This document shows positions 8,888 through 13,474 of a DNA stretch of 13,474 nt, piece after piece. The stretch lies in NCBI RefSeq assembly GCF_006345805.1, contig NW_021826303.1:1-13474 (forward strand), written 5' to 3'. This stretch comes from Octopus sinensis (taxonomy: Eukaryota). Positions within the stretch are counted from its first letter, which is position 1; each line of letters starts with the position of its first letter. Made by a program: the position numbers and the translations under genes. A model generated the notes under the pieces. It saw only the letters and a list, made by a program, of their open reading frames with translations, was not told the origin of the DNA and searched no databases.

Positions 8888-8980
8888 CATACATATACAT
8901 ATATATACATACATATACATATATATACATACATATATATGTATGTATATATATATATACATATATATACACATATATAT

Positions 8981-9040
<60 letters not shown>

Positions 9041-9050
9041 GTGTATATAT

Positions 9051-9106
<56 letters not shown>

Positions 9107-9108
9107 AT
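8609..9108. repeat. Compound (TA)n/(TG)n/(TACA)n/(CA)n microsatellite
   Basis: Seen directly; source of five spurious ORFs. Confidence 0.97.
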
Positions 9109-9480
9109 ATAAGCTGTCTCTGATTAAACATTATCTTCTATTATTTTAAAATTTTATACAGCATATTTTTATGATTATCATTTCCCACTCAGTGGGAGAT
9201 AACCATTATAGCTAAACCGAAGAATGCATGAACAAGATGTTAGCTCTGTATAGAAAAGATGTCCAAAATATCTACATCGAGACTCAAATTAACTAATAAC
9301 AGGCTGAAAGAAGTCAAAACTTTTAAGAAATTTAACGAACGTTGTAGAATCACATATCCTAAACTCCACACATACGTGAACTTTTCATAACCAACATATA
9401 TATTTTATCTACTTTCTATCGATCAGAAGAGCACCACTGACACAAATATATGTGAAAAACTAGAAACATTAGATAGGACT

Positions 9481-9853
9481 GGAAGCACTCCGTCGGTTAC
9501 GACGACGAGGGTTCCAATTGATCCGAATCAACGGAACAACCTGCTCGTGAAATTAACGTGTAAGTGGCTGAGCACTCCACAGACACGTGTACCCTTAACT
9601 TGGTTCTCGGGGATATTCAGTGTGACACAGAGAGTGACAAGGCCGGCCCTTTGAAATACAGGTACAACAGAAACAGGAAGTAAGAGTGAGAGAAAGTTGT
9701 GGTGAAAGAGTACAGCAGGGATCACCACCATCCCCTGCCAGAGCCTCGTGGAGCGTTTAGGTGTTTTCGCTCAATAAACACTCACAACGCTCGGTCTGGG
9801 AATCGAAACCGCGAGTCCGCTGCCCTAACCACTGAGCCATTGCGCCTCCACAG
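9481..9853 (-). mobile_element. tRNA-derived SINE (third family) with TSD
   Basis: Minus-strand head GGAGGCGCAATGGCTCAGTGGTTAGGGCAGCGGACTC with A box at 9829-9839 and B box GTTTCGATTCC at 9799-9809. TSD ATTAGA(T)AGGACT at 9468-9480 and 9854-9865. Confidence 0.88.
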
Positions 9854-10104
9854 ATTAGAAGGACTACAGTTGAAAGTAAGGTTATTATGTCTCCGACCAC
9901 TTCAGTACACAAGGCACCCTGCTAAAACAGTAATATCATCCTCGACCCGATGAGATAGATTCCTGATAGCACTATATATATATATATATATATACATCAT
10001 ATAATTAAGGGCTAAAGAGGGTTATTCTAAAGCCAAATACACTGTTTTATCCACTTATAATCCGCTTGTTACAGGAAAATTGAAACTGAAAACGGGCAAC
10101 TAAC

Positions 10105-10158
10105 CTTTAGAAAATTTAAATTTCGTTATCTCTATATTGAATCAATTTCGGACTTAAT
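10105..10158 (-). CDS. Candidate 54-nt exon (LSPKLIQYRDNEI...), in-frame stop as assembled
   Basis: Acceptor tcttttttttataag and donor AAG|gttagt; a 66-nt intron separates it from the 10225-10285 exon, with compatible phase 2 entry. Confidence 0.45.
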
Positions 10159-10224
10159 CTTATAAAAAAAAGATATATTCCTTCTTCAGTAGAAATTTCG
10201 ATGGGATATAAATAAAATACTCAC

Positions 10225-10285
10225 GTATGATCATGGAAAAAGCACAAGCTAAAAACATAACTACACTTGAGTACATCATTTATAT
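10225..10285 (-). CDS. Candidate 61-nt coding exon (INDVLKCSYVFSLCFFHDH)
   Basis: Strong acceptor attttatttttag and donor AC|gtgagtat; only one frame is open (entry phase 1, exit phase 2). Confidence 0.55.
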
Positions 10286-10321
10286 CTAAAAATAAAATAT
10301 ATATATATATATATATATATA

Positions 10322-10456
10322 TTTGCTATTAACAGAAAAAACTAAATACGAAAAAGTCAAATGAAGAAGCAGGTGTACTACGTTTGGAGCCTACGCTCTT
10401 CAACACAAAGGAATAGAACAAAATAGACAGAGATTAGTGGTCAAGCATGGCGACAC
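10322..10456 (-). mobile_element. Second Penelope-like terminal repeat copy with degenerate hammerhead motif
   Basis: Minus strand reads CTTT-GTGTTGA-A-GAGC-GTAG-GCTC-CAAAC-GTA (10410-10379), homologous to 140-171. Flanked by TA and CA tracts. Confidence 0.55.
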
Positions 10457-10524
10457 ACACACACGCATATACATACACAAACACACACATATATATATAT
10501 ATATACATACACACACACACATAC

Positions 10525-10561
<37 letters not shown>

Positions 10562-10575
10562 TATATTGTATAGAG

Positions 10576-10978
10576 GGCATTATTACACATAAATGCCTCA
10601 CACTAGGAGGGACAGAGTATTATAACAAAATTATACTAATCATACCCAAATGCAGTTTTTCAAGCAAGACATTTAAAAATGAATTATGTTCTGTATCACC
10701 GTGATTTCACATACAACTTGCGTTAATGATCGTCAGCAGAACTGATTATTGAATACATCATAATAATTATTTATTATTATTTATTTATGATTTATGTATG
10801 ATGTATTCAGAATCAGTTCTGCTGACGATCATTAGACGCAAGTTGTATGTGAAATCACGGTGATAAGAACTAATCATTTTTAAATGTCTGCTTTGAAAAC
10901 TGCATTTGGTATGATTAGTATAATTTTGGTAGTAATGACTCTGTCCCTCCTAGTGTGAGGATTATGTGTAATAATGCC
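10576..10978. repeat. Long inverted repeat (foldback): ~185-bp arms, 34-nt AT-rich spacer
   Basis: 10576-10762 is the reverse complement of 10797-10978, with about 15 differences by hand alignment. Confidence 0.95.
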
Positions 10979-11127
10979 ACTTTAAATATAGATATAATTA
11001 ATTGTTCAGAAGAAAAAAATTTTTTCGGATTCTTTTCTTTTATGAGGTTTCACGCAGCTAATGATAATTCTTGTTAAGATCCTTATTAAGAGATATCTTA
11101 ATGTTAAACTTATATATATATATATAT

Positions 11128-11169
<42 letters not shown>

Positions 11170-11512
11170 CGTGCATTATGTATATTATATATATCATATA
11201 TATATATAATATATATATATATATTTCGTTTTGAACATATTTCTATTATATAATCATATATATATATAATATATATATATATATTAGGAGTATAACAACA
11301 TTGCTACTGAATTAATAATAGATTTTCATGAAATGAAAAAAAAAAATACACCTATTGCAGTGGAAAGTGTTATACTTAATATTTTCTATATAGTTCGGAA
11401 TATATCACATTTCATTATAGTTATACTGTTTTAATAAGGCTGGAGGTCGGCAAAATAACAGAGCTTATAGTATATGTGTTTGGATATAAATTTACTAATC
11501 AAAACGACATTC

Positions 11513-11563
<51 letters not shown>

Positions 11564-11648
11564 TTTTATTAATTTGCAAAAACAAATATAATATACTTTG
11601 GTAACGCAAGTTATATATAAGAAAATGCAAGTTGTCAAGAATACTTAC

Positions 11649-11660
11649 TATAGATTATTT
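11649..11660 (-). CDS. Possible 12-nt microexon (or 3' part of a 73-nt exon 11649-11721)
   Basis: ctctctctcag|AAATAATCTATA|gtaagtat; perfect donor, no homology support. Confidence 0.25.
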
Positions 11661-11783
11661 CTGAGAGAGAGTCTTAGCTTGGAAACATTTAAACACTCGT
11701 TATATAAACGAATGTTATACTCTAGGGGTATAGGGATATACTTTGCAATTTTATTGGTTACTACTTATGGGAATATTCAAATA

Positions 11784-11853
11784 ATAAACACATAGAACTA
11801 ATCATATATATATATATATACTTATATATATATGATTAGTTCTATGTATTTAT
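11784..11853. repeat. 70-bp hairpin with unique arms around a TA tract
   Basis: ACATAGAACTAATCA 11790-11804 / TGATTAGTTCTATGT 11833-11847 are perfect complements; pairing extends to 11784/11853 with one mismatch. Confidence 0.9.
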
Positions 11854-11878
11854 ACATTCACACATATATATTAATATA

Positions 11879-11916
<38 letters not shown>

Positions 11917-11962
11917 GTATTATATTATTAGTTATTATTATTATTATTATTATTATGTTTAC

Positions 11963-12078
11963 AGATTTCGAAATGTCATTTTAGCATGCTTCGACTGTTC
12001 AAGAAAAGAGCAAATGCTTGTTTTGCGAGACCTTTCAGCCCTCGGCGATGTAAAAATACCATTCAAATGCAGTTTCTC
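11963..12078 (-). CDS. Candidate 116-nt exon (EKLHLNGIFTSPRAERSRKTSICSFLEQSKHAKMTFRN)
   Basis: Acceptor ctattttcaacctatag; only phase 0 is open; weak donor CT|gtaaac. Confidence 0.3.
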
Positions 12079-12262
12079 CTATAGGTTGAAAATAGAGTTT
12101 GCTTTCCTTTTGTTTTCCAAATGGACTGCCATTATATCATGTAAAAGAATCTATGTTTTCTAAGCCATTATATAAAAACTGATTTCTTGAAATTATTTCT
12201 ACGTCTTAACTGTCATATCCAGCAAATATATCTTTCCGTAAACTACGAGTAAAAATGCCTAC

Positions 12263-12367
12263 CTCTTTATAGTTGAAAATATCAAGTAAGAAGGTTAATT
12301 GTTTTAGCAGCGGGATGCCGTTATTCATTTCCACATTCATTTTCTCTCTATTCAATGAAATACAATT
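12263..12367 (-). CDS. Candidate 105-nt phase-0 exon (NCISLNREKMNVEMNNGIPLLKQLTFLLDIFNYKE)
   Basis: Acceptor atatacttag and donor GAG|gtaggc; single open frame; joins in frame to 11963-12078 across a 184-nt intron. Confidence 0.33.
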
Positions 12368-12990
12368 CTAAGTATATCATTCCGAATGCAGTAGCAGAAA
12401 TATATATATATTAGTGCAACCAGATACACAAGAAAACCAATTGCTACGTAATTCCCTGAAACTCAACAAAATAGATGTAGGTTATATGAATACAGACTGC
12501 TGATGAAACAAAGATATACCTCAGATGTATTAGTTTACTGGAAATATCATGAATAAAATAAATGCTAACTCAATGTCTATATCCAGTTTTGCGTAAACAA
12601 GTTATATAGAAAACAAATGCAGCAGAGAAGTGACAGGAACAATACAAAGTAATTAACGATATGGAAGCAACACATGAGTTAGAGTTAAACTGTCTCGGCA
12701 TAATAACATTTGGTGTTCAGAGTAACACAAAATGCATTAACATTTTATTAATTGTAGTCATTAGCTTCTAAACAATTAGCGATATACTGATAATAAACAC
12801 GTGCAAGTAATCTATTGAGATATTTAATTTGACAAAACGGTCGATTGTGCATATAACGCATATATTTTCTTTTAAGAGTTTTGGCTCAGCTTCAGCTAGC
12901 TGTAAGTTTCTAGTCAGTAATCTCCATCTATATAACACAATTTTCTGGTAACCTATAAGTCCTGACGAACACATGTGCCAGTATTCCTAT

Positions 12991-13017
12991 ATACATACAC
13001 ACACACACATACATACA

Positions 13018-13049
<32 letters not shown>

Positions 13050-13103
13050 CACATACATGCATACATACATACATACATACACACAAACATACATACATAC
13101 ATA
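12991..13103. repeat. (ATAC)n / (AC)n microsatellite
   Basis: Seen directly. Confidence 0.95.
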
Positions 13104-13366
13104 GGTAAAATTTTTGTTCCCTAATGAGATAAAAAAAAAGGCTGTGTAGATTTTTGAACATTTATAAATAGAAGGTGTTACAGCTGTTTCCAGGATATTC
13201 ATTAATTATATCCCTTCATCGGAGACGGTGTGAGGAGATGGTTAAGCAATAATTAATTTAGATAAGATACGAAATAGAGAGTGAGGTGGAAGTACGAAAA
13301 TAGATGTGAGATATGCAGAAATATTGTATTTGTAGATCCATTATTTTGGCATACATACATGCATAA

Positions 13367-13405
<39 letters not shown>

Positions 13406-13474
13406 TATATAATATATATATATATATTATTGAGAGAGAGAAAAGAGGGAGGGCTGTATAGAAGTTGAATTTTC

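Noticed and set aside
9183-9197. Palindrome TCCCACT-C-AGTGGGA with CSL-like half sites
   Set aside because: Spacing and orientation do not match paired Su(H) sites, and a 7-bp arm is expected by chance in 13 kb.
9799-9850. Functional tRNA genes at SINE heads, also at 3352 and 5341
   Set aside because: No complete cloverleaf; each continues into a SINE body.
9528-9953. ORFs 9528-9731 and 9699-9953
   Set aside because: Lie within or overlap a SINE.
11963-12367. RhoGAP resemblance of GIPLL...LHLNGIFT
   Set aside because: Only a few residues match, the arginine finger is absent, and the exons themselves are uncertain.
12768-12974. 68-aa minus-strand ORF as another exon
   Set aside because: Acceptors are possible but no convincing donor or homology could be seen.

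Overview
AT-rich eukaryotic DNA packed with microsatellites and repeats, most likely from an octopus (coleoid cephalopod). That assignment rests on my recollection of octopus tRNA-derived SINE families, not on a database search. Most ORFs in the supplied track are microsatellite or repeat translations. Well-supported content: several tRNA-derived SINEs (three insertions with visible target-site duplications, one a dimer), a decayed ~1.23 kb mariner transposon, and many simple repeats. More tentative content: an RTE-LINE-like 5' fragment, several Penelope-like terminal repeats, and small minus-strand exons of an unidentified gene. Best leads: (1) an HDV-like double-pseudoknot ribozyme candidate with an unusually long structured L3, starting at the 5' boundary of the RTE-like fragment (1858-1935); (2) two degenerate minimal hammerhead copies whose consensus restores a full core; (3) a five-fold CCAAT/CRE array plus TATA box inserted inside a SINE; (4) a ~400 bp foldback whose arms differ almost only by 1-nt indels; (5) an exon chain that reads through if one homopolymer base is restored. 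All folding, alignment and splicing was done by hand and is untested.
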